Shown here: positions 13,000 to 24,220 of the stretch, in pieces
Layout: every line of letters starts with the position of its first letter
Numbering within the stretch: the stretch's first letter is position 1
Assembly (NCBI RefSeq): GCF_009834535.1
Contig: NC_045697.1
Coordinates: 5,086,001-5,150,000 of the forward strand
Length of the DNA: 64,000 nucleotides
Reading direction: 5' to 3'
Source: Camelus ferus
Taxonomy: Eukaryota
Position numbers and translations under genes: made by a program
The notes under the pieces: generated by a model
What the model was told of the DNA's origin: nothing
The model's input: the letters and a program-made list of their open reading frames with translations, nothing else
The model's database searches: none

Positions 13000-13510
13000 T
13001 AACAAATGTGTGAGGAGGAGACGGTGCTGGTATAGATGCTTTGGCAAACGGTTGGACAGTATCTATTCAAACTACATGCAAGCATTTCACCTACGCGCTG
13101 TGACCCTGTAATTCCACATCCACGTTTACACCCAGCAGAAGTGTGCATATGTTGACGCCAAAAGCCCTGCAGCAGAATGGTCACAGCACCACTGTTTTTT
13201 ACAGCCCCAAACGAGAAGTAACTCAAAAGCCCAGCAGCAGCAGAATGAACTAGGAAACGTGGTGAATTCACACAAGGACTCCGGCTCCGTCTGGGGTGCG
13301 TTAAATCTACATCTCATACTTACTGTATGATTGCATTTATACAAACACAAATGCAGGCAAAGCCAATCTACGTTGTTCCAAGTTGGGATAGTGGCTACTT
13401 TGGGGGATAAAGACTGAAGGGGACCGTGGGGGTGCCGGTATGTTCTGATTGTTGTTCTGGGTGCTGGTTCATGTGCACTTTTCTGTCTGCATTTAATTTT
13501 TCTAAAAGCT
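13000..13510 (+). mobile_element. Old L1 (L1ME-like) 3' end
   Basis: ctttggcaaacggttggacagtatct...tgaccctgtaattccacatcc...cagaatggtcacagcaccactgttt...tactgtatgattgcatttatac. Confidence 0.7.
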
Positions 13511-13719
13511 AAACGATTGTAAAGAAAGAACAAAGGCTATTCATCCAGGAAAAGAGGAGACTTGGAGGGGAGGCACAACTGTAGATCTTTATAGATAGTG
13601 TCTGGGAGCAGAAGGCGTGGAGTCCAGAAGACGGACCCTGGAACAAGGGGAGAATGACCAGGAGTGTCCAGGTGATCTTTTGGAGAATTAGAACTTCCCC
13701 TTGAAGCTTCACCTCTGGA

Positions 13720-14025
13720 AGATGGTCAAAAGGCCCAAACTTCCAGTTATGAAGTAAGTCAGTCCTGGGGATGGAACACGCACGATGCTGGCTACAGCGC
13801 ATAATACTGGCTACAGCGCATAATACTGTGTTGTAGATTTAAAAGTTAAGGTAGTAGATCTTGAAAATCCTCATCACAAGAAAGAAAAATTGTAACTCTG
13901 TGTGCTAATGGACGTCAACTAGGCTTACTGTGATCATCATTGCACAATATATAAAAACATCAAACCTTTATGTTTTAAATCTGAAACTAATATAATGTTA
14001 CGTTTCTGCTGTATCTCAATAAAAG
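13720..14025 (+). mobile_element. L1 3' UTR fragment (L1MA-like)
   Basis: aaacttccagttatgaagtaagtcagtcctgggg...gtagatcttgaaaatcctcatcacaag...tctgaaactaatataatgtta...tatctcaataaaa. Confidence 0.8.
13788..13825. repeat. 19-bp perfect tandem duplication (ctggctacagcgcataata)x2
   Basis: Read directly. Confidence 0.95.
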
Positions 14026-14039
14026 AGGCCACATGTGGC

Positions 14040-14460
14040 TTCATCACAGAGAGGGAAGGGGAGTATCGTAGAAGGTAAAAGTGGAGAAGTGAGCAGGGAC
14101 TGAACTGTCTGTGGCTTCATGGGTCATGTTAAGGATTTTATGCCATCTTCTAAGAGTAATGAGAAGCCCCTGGACGACGTTAACCCAGAGAATGATGTCA
14201 GAAGGACTGCCTTTAAAGCATTTAACCATGATAGCAGTGGGGGAAATGAACAGAAGAGGGGGTTAAGCATGCGTACCACAAAAATCACTTAGTGGGGATG
14301 CTGTGGATGGATGTTCAGTTGACAGAGAATGAGAGCTTGGACTCAGGTGATGGTAGTGGATGTGGAGGGAAGTGGAATGACCAGAGGTATGTTTTCCAGT
14401 AGGGTAACAGGACTTAGTAACAGATTGCATGTGATGGGTAAAGGTTACGGAAAAGATGTG
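14040..14460 (-). mobile_element. L2 fragment
   Basis: ggtcatgttaaggattttatgccatcttctaagagtaatgagaagcccctgg...gcttggactcaggtgatggtagtgga...aacaggacttagtaacagattgcatgtg. Confidence 0.7.
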
Positions 14461-15337
14461 AAGGGCCAGTGAGGGCAGGTCACGACCTGCCTAGCCATCA
14501 CTGCATCCCTGACATTCAGCGCGGTCCCCGATACACCGCTGACACACAACAGGTGTGTGCCGAATGAATGAACAGGCGTGCCAGTGGGTGAGCTGCTGTC
14601 CTCTTACGGACCTGGGAAACTGCAGAAGAAAGATTTAGAGGCTAACACCAAGAATCCAGCGTTAGACGTAGCGAGTTTGAGACGCTGTCTCACTCACGAA
14701 GAAAGAACTGTAGGCCCTGCAGCTTCGAAGATCAGGTCTGCCCTGGGGAGCCCCGCGTGGGCACTGGCGGCACGTGCGAGGGGAGGGCAGCAGAGGAAGA
14801 GAGGGAAGGTGTTAGAATGAGAGCGAGGGGGGCCCGGAACCCAAGCCCTGAGGGACGCTAGCACTGAAACCTCAGGCACAATCTGCCTCCAGTCTCCAGC
14901 ACATTTTTCTGAGAGTGAATTATCTTGTCATGCTGGCTACCTCAAAAACTTTACATGGAAGACTATTTTTGTGTTATTAGTGAGCATTTATTGAAAATCT
15001 TCCTTTTCTCAGATAACCTCTTAGGTGCTGGAGGTACAAACCTAAGGCATATTCTCTGCCTCTGAAGAGCTTAGTGATTTAACCGGCCATGTGATTACGT
15101 CCTGAATTGCTCTACACCCTACGATAGCCAAGAGGAAGTAGCCAGGATGAAGCATTTTCTGCCGTTATCGTAAGGAGTGCTCTGGGTTTAGCTATAGAAA
15201 AATGAATTTTATTTCCAAGGAGGGCAGGAGAACTTTCCTAGTACAAGCCAGCCTGGGAGGCAGTGCTGTCCAACACAGCGCAGCTGACTGCCAGGAAGAG
15301 TCCAGACACTCCCACAAACTGCCCCCACCGTCACCCC

Positions 15338-15483
15338 ACCCCGTCCCGGTTCTCCCGGCACCTAATTCCGCCCCGTCCCCTCCTGCAGGTCCCCTGGTGG
15401 CAGATGCTCAACCCCGTCCCGGTTCTCCTGGCACCTAATTCCGCCCCGTCCCCTCCTGCAGGTCCCCTGGCAGCAGACGCTCA
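15338..15483. repeat. 73-bp tandem duplication, GC-rich
   Basis: Copies at 15338-15410 and 15411-15483 with 4 mismatches. Confidence 0.95.
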
Positions 15484-16296
15484 GTTTCACCTTGTTTGTT
15501 GAAGAGCTGGTCAGTGACAAGGACAGGACTCCAGCCCAGGTCTGCCTGCCAGGTAGCCCACCTTCCTTCCTCTGCGTCCCGCCCCTCTTTCCTCACTTCT
15601 GCAGACTCACTCTAGGGAGGAGGAAGTTATACCCAGGACCTGCTGTTGTCAGCCTTGTTAAGAATCTGAAGTGCTGTTGGGTTCAAAGGTTCCAATTGAA
15701 GATTCTATTTTTAGCCAAATGAGATTGGAGTAGACTGTTCTCAACAGAATCTCTTCCTCAATGACAAATACTTTATCCCATAAAAATAACAAGTTGTGTT
15801 ATAATTTGGATTTGGTAAATTATGATGCCAACTTGTCCAATGTAGGCAAATTTCTGACATATCTGACATATCTTAAATTGTCTTCACAGGGACAAGATCT
15901 TGGATAAAGTTGCTGGGTTGAGTTTGACATGCAATCTGGGATGAATAATCTAAAGAAGGAAGACAAGGTTCTTCCTGTAGACACATGTTCAAAATTCTTC
16001 CTAGCCTCTGAATGGTCCAAAAAAAACACACCATGTACAGTGTTGTAGGAAAACCTTTCCAAGGAGAGGGGAAGCCTTGAGAAGAACAGCAGTGACTTAC
16101 AGAGCACGTCCCCCCACCTGCACTGTGCGAAGCACTTGCTGCATCCCACCCTGGTCCACCTTCCCCGTAACACTGAGAGGGACACGCACTGTCGTTCCCT
16201 TTCTGAAGAAGGGAAACCAAGGCACAGGGAGATTAGGTAACTGACCCCAGGTCACACAGCCAGTAAAGGATGGAGCTGAGATTCCGAACCAAGTAT

Positions 16297-16387
16297 GGAG
16301 GGGAGCAGGGGGGACCTCGGTGGTAGAGCGCGTGCTTGGCAGGCACAAGGTCCTGAATTCAATCCCCAGCACCACCTCCATTCAAAA
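16297..16387 (+). mobile_element. tRNA-derived camelid-type SINE (Vic-1-like) inserted in a MIR
   Basis: ggtggtagagcgcgtgcttggcaggcacaaggtcctgaattcaatccccagcacc; TSD aaccaagtat / aatcaagtat. Confidence 0.85.
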
Positions 16388-16865
16388 AATCAAGTATTCA
16401 GGTCCACCGGGCTGTGCCACCCAGCAACCACCGGGTGCTAGGCACGGTACACAGCACTTCGCACAACCACCTTGTGCGGCAGACAGCAAAGAACCGGCTC
16501 TGTACGTGAGGAATCTAGAGTTTATGCGGATGGAGCTTCTTGCCCAAAGCTACCCACTAGTAAAGGATGGAGCAAGTCTACTTCATCTCCAAATCCACAC
16601 ATGACAGGGACACACCTCCATCCTTCTCTGGCCCATCTCAAGCAACCACGTGAAACTGTGCACACGGCATCCAGTTACTATTTGATGAATGAGTGAGTGA
16701 GTGAGTGAGTGAGTGCACGAATGAACTCTCACCACCCTTACGATGGGCTTCGTCTGCTCGTGTCTCTGTTCTCTCTCTCTCTGCTCTTTCGTCCCAGCAC
16801 AAGGTTCTGCTAATCCTTCCCCTGGAAACAGATATCCTCTCTGGTCCCTACATCCTCATGGGGCT

Positions 16866-17004
16866 ATTTTTTTTAAACTTCTTTTTTTTAGGGGGGAGGC
16901 AATTAGGTTTATTTATTTGTTTATTTAATGGAGGTGCTGGGGATTGAACCCAGGACCTTGTGCATGCTAAGCATGCACTCTACCACTGAGCTACACCCTC
17001 CCCC
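16866..17004 (-). mobile_element. tRNA-derived camelid-type SINE (Vic-1-like)
   Basis: Reverse complement ggggagggtgtagctcagtggtagagtgcatgcttagcatgcacaaggtcctgggttcaatccccagcacctcc plus A-rich tail; TSD cctcatggggct (16854-16865) / cctcgtggggct (17006-17017). Confidence 0.92.
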
Positions 17005-17602
17005 ACCTCGTGGGGCTGTGAATCCCCACTGATTCCTCTTTGATTCTTCACAGCCAGGTTGCTTTAAATATATGTTTACAAGTGTTTCTTCTCCTCCCTC
17101 CCTGACTATCAGTCTTCAGCCCTTTGTAATCTGGTTTCTCTTTTCCACCCACAACCAGTCCTTTGGGGACTACCCTTTCTAAGGTCACATCCAGTCGTTC
17201 ATTTAATCAGTCAATATTTATTGAGTGTCTACTGTATGTGAGGCACAGCAGCCAGAGCACGGAAGAAGTCGTTTATGAGCTGTTTACCTCCTGGAGCCCA
17301 GGGAGGCACAATTAAAACAAGTAGTTACAAGTGTGATAAGGAACAGGGCAGAAGGGCAGAAGTTCCTCGTGAGAGTCACAGCGGAGTTTCTCGCTCCTGG
17401 CGGTGACCTTCCCCACTGCTGCACAACCCGACAGGGAAGCCTGGAGGACCCGGGACACTGTACCTACCTTAGCAGGCTTGCCTGATTATCTCCTTTTGTC
17501 TTGTATCTGTCTCCAGAAGTTTCCATGGAGCGTTCCATAGACTCTGCCATAGACTCAGGTCTGCTGGCAGTTTCCCACCCATCACTATGACGACCACTCT
17601 TT

Positions 17603-17999
17603 TTTTTTTTAAAGATGTTTCTCTATTTTAAAAAAAAGTATTAAAGTGTAGTTGATTTACAATGTTAGTTCCAGGTGTACAGCAAAGTGATTCAGTTATA
17701 CATATACATACATACATGTATTTTTTTTCTTTTCAGATTCTTTTCTGCTGTATGTTATTACAAGAAATTGACTAGTTTCCTGTGCTCTATAGTAGGCCCT
17801 TGTTGTTTACCTATTTTCATGTCTGTTCACCTCCAATCCCTAATTTATCCTTCCCTGTCCTTTCCCCTTTGGTAACCATAGTTTGTTTCCTATGCCGGTG
17901 AGTCTGTTTTTGGTTTGTAAATAGCATTTGTATCATTTTTTTACATTCCACATATAAGTGATATCATATGATATTTGTCTTTCTCTGACTTACTTCTTG
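17603..17999 (-). mobile_element. 5'-truncated L1 3' end
   Basis: T-run and L1 3'UTR; TSD tgacgaccactcttt (17588-17602) / tgataaccactcttt (18000-18014). Confidence 0.88.
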
Positions 18000-18052
18000 T
18001 GATAACCACTCTTTCTCAATTTCCTCTACCTCTGCTGTTCCTGTAACTTCTT

Positions 18053-18227
18053 TTTTTTCCAATTACAACTTTTTAAAATTGATGTACAGTTGACTTGGAA
18101 TATTACTCAGCTGTAAAAAGATGAAATAATGCCATTTGCAGCAACATGGATGGACCTAGAGAGGATCATACTAAGTGAAGTAAGACAGAGAAAGACAAAT
18201 CCCATTCGATATCCCTTATACATGGAA
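18053..18227. mobile_element. Short L1 with 5' inversion (twin-priming type)
   Basis: Minus-strand tail (18053-~18095) fused to a plus-strand ORF2-end segment (~18096-18227); TSD tcctgtaacttctt / tcctgtaacgtctt. Confidence 0.8.
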
Positions 18228-18482
18228 TCCTGTAACGTCTTGATAATCCATCTCTTTCTTAAATACTGGTGTTCCTGAAGGCTCCATCCTGGCACTCTCC
18301 TCATCGTATTCTTCTCCTGGGGAAGTTTTCCGTAGATTCCGGTCTGCTCTGTAATAACAGCAGCTAACGTTTCTGGAGTGCTCTGGGCCAGAACCTGCAC
18401 TCGGTGTTTCACATGTATCCATGTGCCTCCGTGCTCTTTTACACAACATCACTAGCTCAAATAAGCACCCTAAGCTCTGCAC

Positions 18483-21400
18483 CAGTGGTTCTCAAAGTGT
18501 GCTCTTTTAAGGATCTCCAAGACTTTCTCAGGGTGTCCACATGGTCAAAATTATCTTCATACTATTAAGTCTTGATTCGCCAAAAACCTTCATACTCTCA
18601 GGAGTGGGTAGTGGAGTTTTCCAAAGGCCACATGACATGTTACCATGTCAGATTAAAATGGAATGTACGCTTGTATATTCTTATGTTGTCTAGAGCTTTC
18701 TAAGGCAGCAGGCTTGAGGTATACATATGTGCACTTTCAAAGGTGATCTCAGTTTGTTCTCAGAATTTCCACTGTGTTCTTATTAGCCATCTTTGGTTAC
18801 ATCTTGCTTAACATCTGTAACCTCATTATCACCCAATAAATTGTTCATTTGCAATCCTGAAGTTCTCCTCATTCTTACTCAGAAACATAAAAACTATTCT
18901 ATGTTGTCCTGTTTTGCAATAATATTTAGGAAATAATTTCAAAATGATTTCTAGAAAATAAAGATTAACAATTTAAAATCTTATCTAAAACTTTTGTTAT
19001 TTTATAACTTAGTAATATTTTACTCTCATGTAAATGAACATTTATATTTTTCTTATGTTTAAGGATAGATCGTCAGCTTAACAGATTTAGACAATTCACC
19101 TCTTCGCCCCGCAGCTGAATCATTTCTGACTAACATTGCTGAAGAAGACGAAACTGACATATCAGACTATTCTGACTCATGGAAGAGAGGACTCTACTCC
19201 AGAGAAATTAAGTAAAAATACAAACAGAACAAAGGAAAACAAACAAAACTACTTTAGTTCCCTCAGCTTCACAGATGTTAATAATTTATCTTACTGTGCT
19301 TTACGGAGTAGAGCACTTTAGAATTAAACTGTGGTTCCCATTAAATTATGGTACCAACATTTTGTAACTAAATCATTCAGAGTCTAAAGAGAAAGGAACT
19401 AAATATTTTAAACAGACAAAACAAGTTCTTTAAAAGGCAAAAAATAATTTGTTTGTTACAGGTTTTCACGGTATAAACGTAAAAGCCACTCAAGCATGTG
19501 ACAGGGTAAGTCGCTACATTTCATTGGCTGAGGGAGCAGAAATGATAGCTCAGAGGCAGAAAAAGCCTTGTACCTCTGACATTGCTGAATGTCTGCTGGA
19601 TGGCAAGCCAGCAAAAGAGATCACAGCATTGCCAGGTTCCAACAATGCAGTAACCTTTTGAGTTACGGTGTTGGTTGCAAACACGAAGACCGAGTGAGCC
19701 AATCAACCGCAGAATTGTAATTCTGTCTTACAAATGGATGAATCTGCAGACATGGCTGGACTTGCAGCTCTGCCTGTATTCCTCTGGTATCAGCACCAAC
19801 CAATCATCAAAGAAGATCTTTTATGTAAATGCCTTGCAATGGTCGTGCTGAAATTTTCCAAGAGCTGACTGGCTTTTGAATCTTGGAATGTGTTCTCACT
19901 GACAGGGCAAATTCAATGATGGGTAACACAGGTAGCACCTTTGCACGAATTACAGAAGTGGCACCAAACCGTACCAGTGGTCACTGCATTTCTCACTGCC
20001 ACACACTCACAAATAAAAATCAAATTCACTTAAGAGTGGCATTGATGACACTCCTACACTGCTGGTAGGAATGTAGTTTAGTGTAGCCATTATGGAAAGC
20101 AGGATGGAGATTCCTCAAAAAAACTAAAAATAGACTTACCATATGATCCAGCAATCCCACTTCTGGGCATAATGTCTGGAGGGAACTCTAATGTGAAATG
20201 ATACATGCACCCTAATATTCATAGTACCACTATATACAGTAGTCAAGACATGGAAGCAACCTAAATGTCCAGCAACAGATGACTGGATAAAGAAGTTGTG
20301 GTATATGTATACAATGGAATACTACTCTGCCATAAAAAGAATAAAATAATGCTATTTGCAGCAACATGGATGGACCTGGAGAATGTCATTCTAAGTGAAG
20401 TAAAGTGAAGTGAAGAAAGAGAAAGAAAAATACACATAATATCACCCATATGTGGAATCTTAAGAAAAAAGGACACTATGAACTCATCTACAAAACAGAA
20501 ACATTTGCAGACTTAGTAAACAATCTTACGGTTACCTGGAAAGGGGGTGGGAAGGGATAAATTTGAGAGTTTGAGATTTACAAATGCTAGCCACTATATA
20601 TAAAAATAGATTTTAAAAAATTTCTTCTGTATAGCACAGGGAACTATGTTCAGTATCTTGTCATAATCTCTAATGAAAAAAATATGTAAACGAATATAAG
20701 TGTGTATATGCACAACTGGGATACTGTGCTGTGCACCAGAGATTGAAACATTGTAACTGACTGTACTTCAATCAAAAAACTAAAGAATGGCACTGATGAA
20801 GCAGGAAAAAAACTTTATTAAATTCATATCCTTTCTTTTTGATATTCTGTGTGGCAAATGGGAAATTTGTTTAAAGCACTTCTCTCCAGAAAACAAACCA
20901 ACTTTTTGCAGTTAAATCATAAGCAGAACTAAACATTTTCTTCATGGGATGCCATTTCTACTTCAGAGGTTAACCAACCTACAAACCTGAAGAAGAATGA
21001 AGTAAGCCTGTCATTTCAAGAAAAAAAAATCTGTATTTGTTGTTGATAATAAAATTTGAGTTTTCAAGTAAAAAGTAGACTTTTAGGAAACTTACGTCTG
21101 TCATATGAGTTTGACAGCTTTCTGACACTTACAGATGTTTCTGATGAGTTTGGCAGTGATATTAGTGAGTGTGATTTAAAAATATTATATAACGGAGTGT
21201 GTCAACACTTAGAAGGGCTGAATAAATCAGTGACTATTTTCCAAATGACTGATGTATTATGTTACAAAATAATGCATGAGTAAAATATCCACTTATATTT
21301 CAAGGGAGACTAAAGGATTTTAAGGTCACAGAATATGAAAAGTTCATTGACATGGTTTCAGATTTCATACCACAACTGATCTTTAAGGAAATGCCACTCA

Positions 21401-21932
21401 TTTGGTTTTGAAATAGTATCAAAGAAGAATATCCAACATTATCTGTTAAAAAAAAAAAAAAAAAAAAGGCTATCAAAGTACCCCTCCCTTCACCAACTAC
21501 ACACTTGTATGAGACTGGATTTTCTTCATATACTTTAAACAAAGCATCACATTGCAATAGACTGACTGTAGAAGCACGTATAAGGATACTGCTTTCAATA
21601 AAACCAGATATTAACGAGATTTGCGAAAATGTAAAACAGTGGCATTTTCTCACTTTATTTTTGTTTTGGAAAAAATGGGTATTTTTACTAAAAATGCTAT
21701 TTATGTTAAAATGTAGGAGATCTATTATTGTCTTTTAAAAATACACTTATCATAGAAAAGCAAAAAATAAAAATGCATTTATAAATCAATCTTTTTTAAT
21801 ATCCCAGCTTTCATTCTTAAAATTATAACTGTAAGTAGATATGACCCACATAAACAAAATCTCTTTAAATGTCCTCAGTAATTTTCAAGAGTGTAAAAGG
21901 GAACCTGAGACAAAACATTTTGAGAATGACTG
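18483..21932 (+). mobile_element. Near-full-length hAT DNA transposon (Charlie1-like) with decayed Buster/ZBED5-type transposase
   Basis: TIRs cagtggttctcaaa (18483) and tttgagaatgactg (21932). Transposase remnants: KKPCTSDIAECLLDGKPAKEITALPGSNNAV, QMDESADMAGLAAL, CVLTDRANSMMG...GHCISHCHTL, PSPTTHLYETGFS...NRLTVEARIRILLSIKPDINEIC. About 2.7 kb once the nested L1 is removed. Confidence 0.9.
20049..20782 (+). mobile_element. 5'-truncated L1 nested in the Charlie1-like element
   Basis: ORF2 end and 3'UTR; TSD aagagtggcattgatga (20032-20048) / aagaatggcactgatga (20783-20799). Confidence 0.92.
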
Positions 21933-22123
21933 AATGGTCTATTTGATATCCACCTGGATGAGAGTGGCCCCCTCAAATAAACATTTCTGAAATCCCAGTT
22001 TAAAAAACATATGAGCCAACAGTTCTTGAATGTTGACTATGTGCCAATCATTGCAATAAAGTCCATCATAAGTATTATTGTATTTAATCCTCACAACTCT
22101 ATGATGTAAGTATTATTAATTGC

Positions 22124-22590
22124 TGCTCTCAGTCTTCATTTTGGTTCTCCAGAAACAGGCCCTGAGATGAGGATTTGTCTGAAAGTGGTTTACTACTAAG
22201 GGTTTCTAGGAAAACCAGTCAGGGAGTAGAGAAGTGGGACACAGAACAAAAGGGGCCAAGGATAAACTGTGAGATGAAGCAAAGTACCAGGCGCGCTCCC
22301 AGGGAAGCCCAGGAGCCTGTGAGAACCCCTCCTCAGATGCCCCGGATTGAGTACAAGGGAGCTGGAAGATTCACACCTCTGCACCGAGGTATCTTCAGGA
22401 GGATATAAATTCCTAGGCAATTCGAGCAATATGTGCATCGGCAAAGAAGGTTCTGGAAGGCTGAGAGCAGCCCAGCAAAAAAGACATGTCGGTGCTGGTA
22501 AACTGCAGGGAAGTACGCTGGGAATCAACAAGTGGTAAAGGGATCCAGTCAGGCACGGGCAAGGGCAGAGCCCCGACAGCATCTGCTACA
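22124..22590 (-). mobile_element. ERVL solo LTR (LTR16/LTR33-like) splitting a MIR
   Basis: Reverse complement begins tgtagcagatgctgtcggggctctgccc and ends ...tctcagggcctgtttctggagaacc. MIR sequence lies on both sides (tttaatcctcacaactct...tattatt | cccatatcacaggtgagg). Confidence 0.65.
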
Positions 22591-23289
22591 TGCCCATATC
22601 ACAGGTGAGGTAAGTTATCTTCCTTCCCACCGAAATAGGTCTTCTGTATTACCCATCTCAGTAAACAACACCACCCTTCCAAGCCTGAGTCACAGGTACT
22701 ACTAAGATTCCTCCTCTTAACTCCTCTCTCTTGTAGGAATTGGGTCACCAAGCCCTGCCAATGTCACTTCCTCAACATCTCAGGAATGCACACCCATTAA
22801 AAATATGGGATGCATTTTATTGCTGTAAAGTTGGGTGAAGAATACAGCTTATTCTACTGGTGAAATCAGAGACAACATCTCCTACCTCCTTCCAACAGCA
22901 GGTGCTGGAACCTCAAGAGTTGGATCTATAGAGCAGATCCTTAACCCACCATCCTAGTGGATGCAGGAAGTAACAAATAGAAGGACGTGAGCTACTCCTA
23001 AGCAGGACATCCCTGAGGCACAGAGGGCCAGGCACCCTCAGAGGAACACTCACCTTCAATACGCCAATTATTTTCCATAGAGAAAGGAGGTGAAAGTGAT
23101 GTTATATATCCAATCACTCAGAAATCCAATAAAGTTACGAGAAGCATGAAGAAGTGACAACAGCTTATTCTCTAGTAATTTTCTTGAACGATGGACTGGG
23201 GATTTTTTAGTAGAAATTCCTATTTGAGGTGTCAACTTGATAAAGAGGAGAGGGCAGAAATGGTTCTCCACTGCCACTGTTTTAGTTGA

Positions 23290-24220
23290 TTACTGCAACA
23301 GAGACTTCACTTGCTTCTCTGTCTCCGCTCTGTCTCCATTCAATGCCACACAGAAATCTGGCCAAAGTATAAATCATTTTCTGCCCCCACTCCCTCCTTA
23401 AAACCCCGTGTCTCCTCCACTGCCTCCAGATGAAATCCAAATTCCTAAGCCTAGAACGTGATGTTTTCGGTGATCTACTCCCTGCCTTTTTAGCCTCGCT
23501 GCAACTCTAGTTGTTTAACATTTTGCATTTTATGTTTCTGTTACTGTAATCTGTTTATGCATGAAATGCCTTCTTGTAGCCTCACACTAACCTGCAACCT
23601 GTCACTCACTGTTCAGTATTCAGCTCAGAGATCAGCTTCACCAGAAAGCCTTATCTGACCTCAACAGGCTGACTTGGCCTTTCTATCTTAGCACTCATCA
23701 CCCTGTCCTGGGATTTCTTGCATCCTTGTTAATCATCACAAAAGGACTGTGTGCTCATCGAGAGCTGGAACCCTGTCCTACAGGTCTTTATACTCCCAAT
23801 GCTTATAGCCGTGCCAAAGCCAGAGGTCTTTGGATGGATGAACAACTGAGTGATGCTTCAGGACCCTGGACAGTTCCCAGAGGGCGCCTTTGTTCTGATG
23901 GTTCCTGAAGCCATACCGAGTGAGGATTCTGAGGTTAATCCCAGCTTCTCTTTGAAACTCTCAACTGTCAACGATCCCTCACATCCTCTAGGCTGTCCTT
24001 TGTAGTTCTTACCCTCGAGACACAATCCATTATCTGGCTCTACACTCAAAACGTATCTCAAATCCATCTACTTTCCATTTATTTATTACAAGCTTAATCC
24101 AAGACACTTTTATCTCTTTCCTGGGCCACCACAAAAGCCTCCTAAATAAGCTGTTTGCTTTCTCACAATCTATCTTCCCCACAGAAGTCAGAATGAACTT
24201 TTAAACATACAAATCAGCAT
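23290..24220 (+). mobile_element. L2 fragments
   Basis: ccttaaaacccc...cactgcctccagatgaaatccaaattcctaagcctag; cagctcagagatcagcttcaccagaaagccttatctgacc; cacaaaagcctcctaaataagctg. Confidence 0.6.

Noticed and set aside
15338..15483. CRISPR-like or other repeat-spacer array
   Set aside because: Only two abutting copies with no spacers, in a mammalian context; no repeat-spacer array was seen anywhere in the window.
15202..15502. Proline-rich ORFs with a repeated APNSAPSPPAGPL peptide
   Set aside because: By-product of the 73-bp DNA duplication; the period is not a multiple of 3, which argues against coding.
16925..17004. tRNA-Ala-like sequences here and at 16297, 31281, 36358, 44678 and 53823
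   Set aside because: They have A-rich tails, TSDs and degenerate stems, so they are SINEs rather than tRNA genes.
19449..21738. ZBED5/Buster-like peptides as a possible domesticated gene
   Set aside because: Fragmented by stops, frameshifts and an L1, and bounded by TIRs; this is a transposon fossil.
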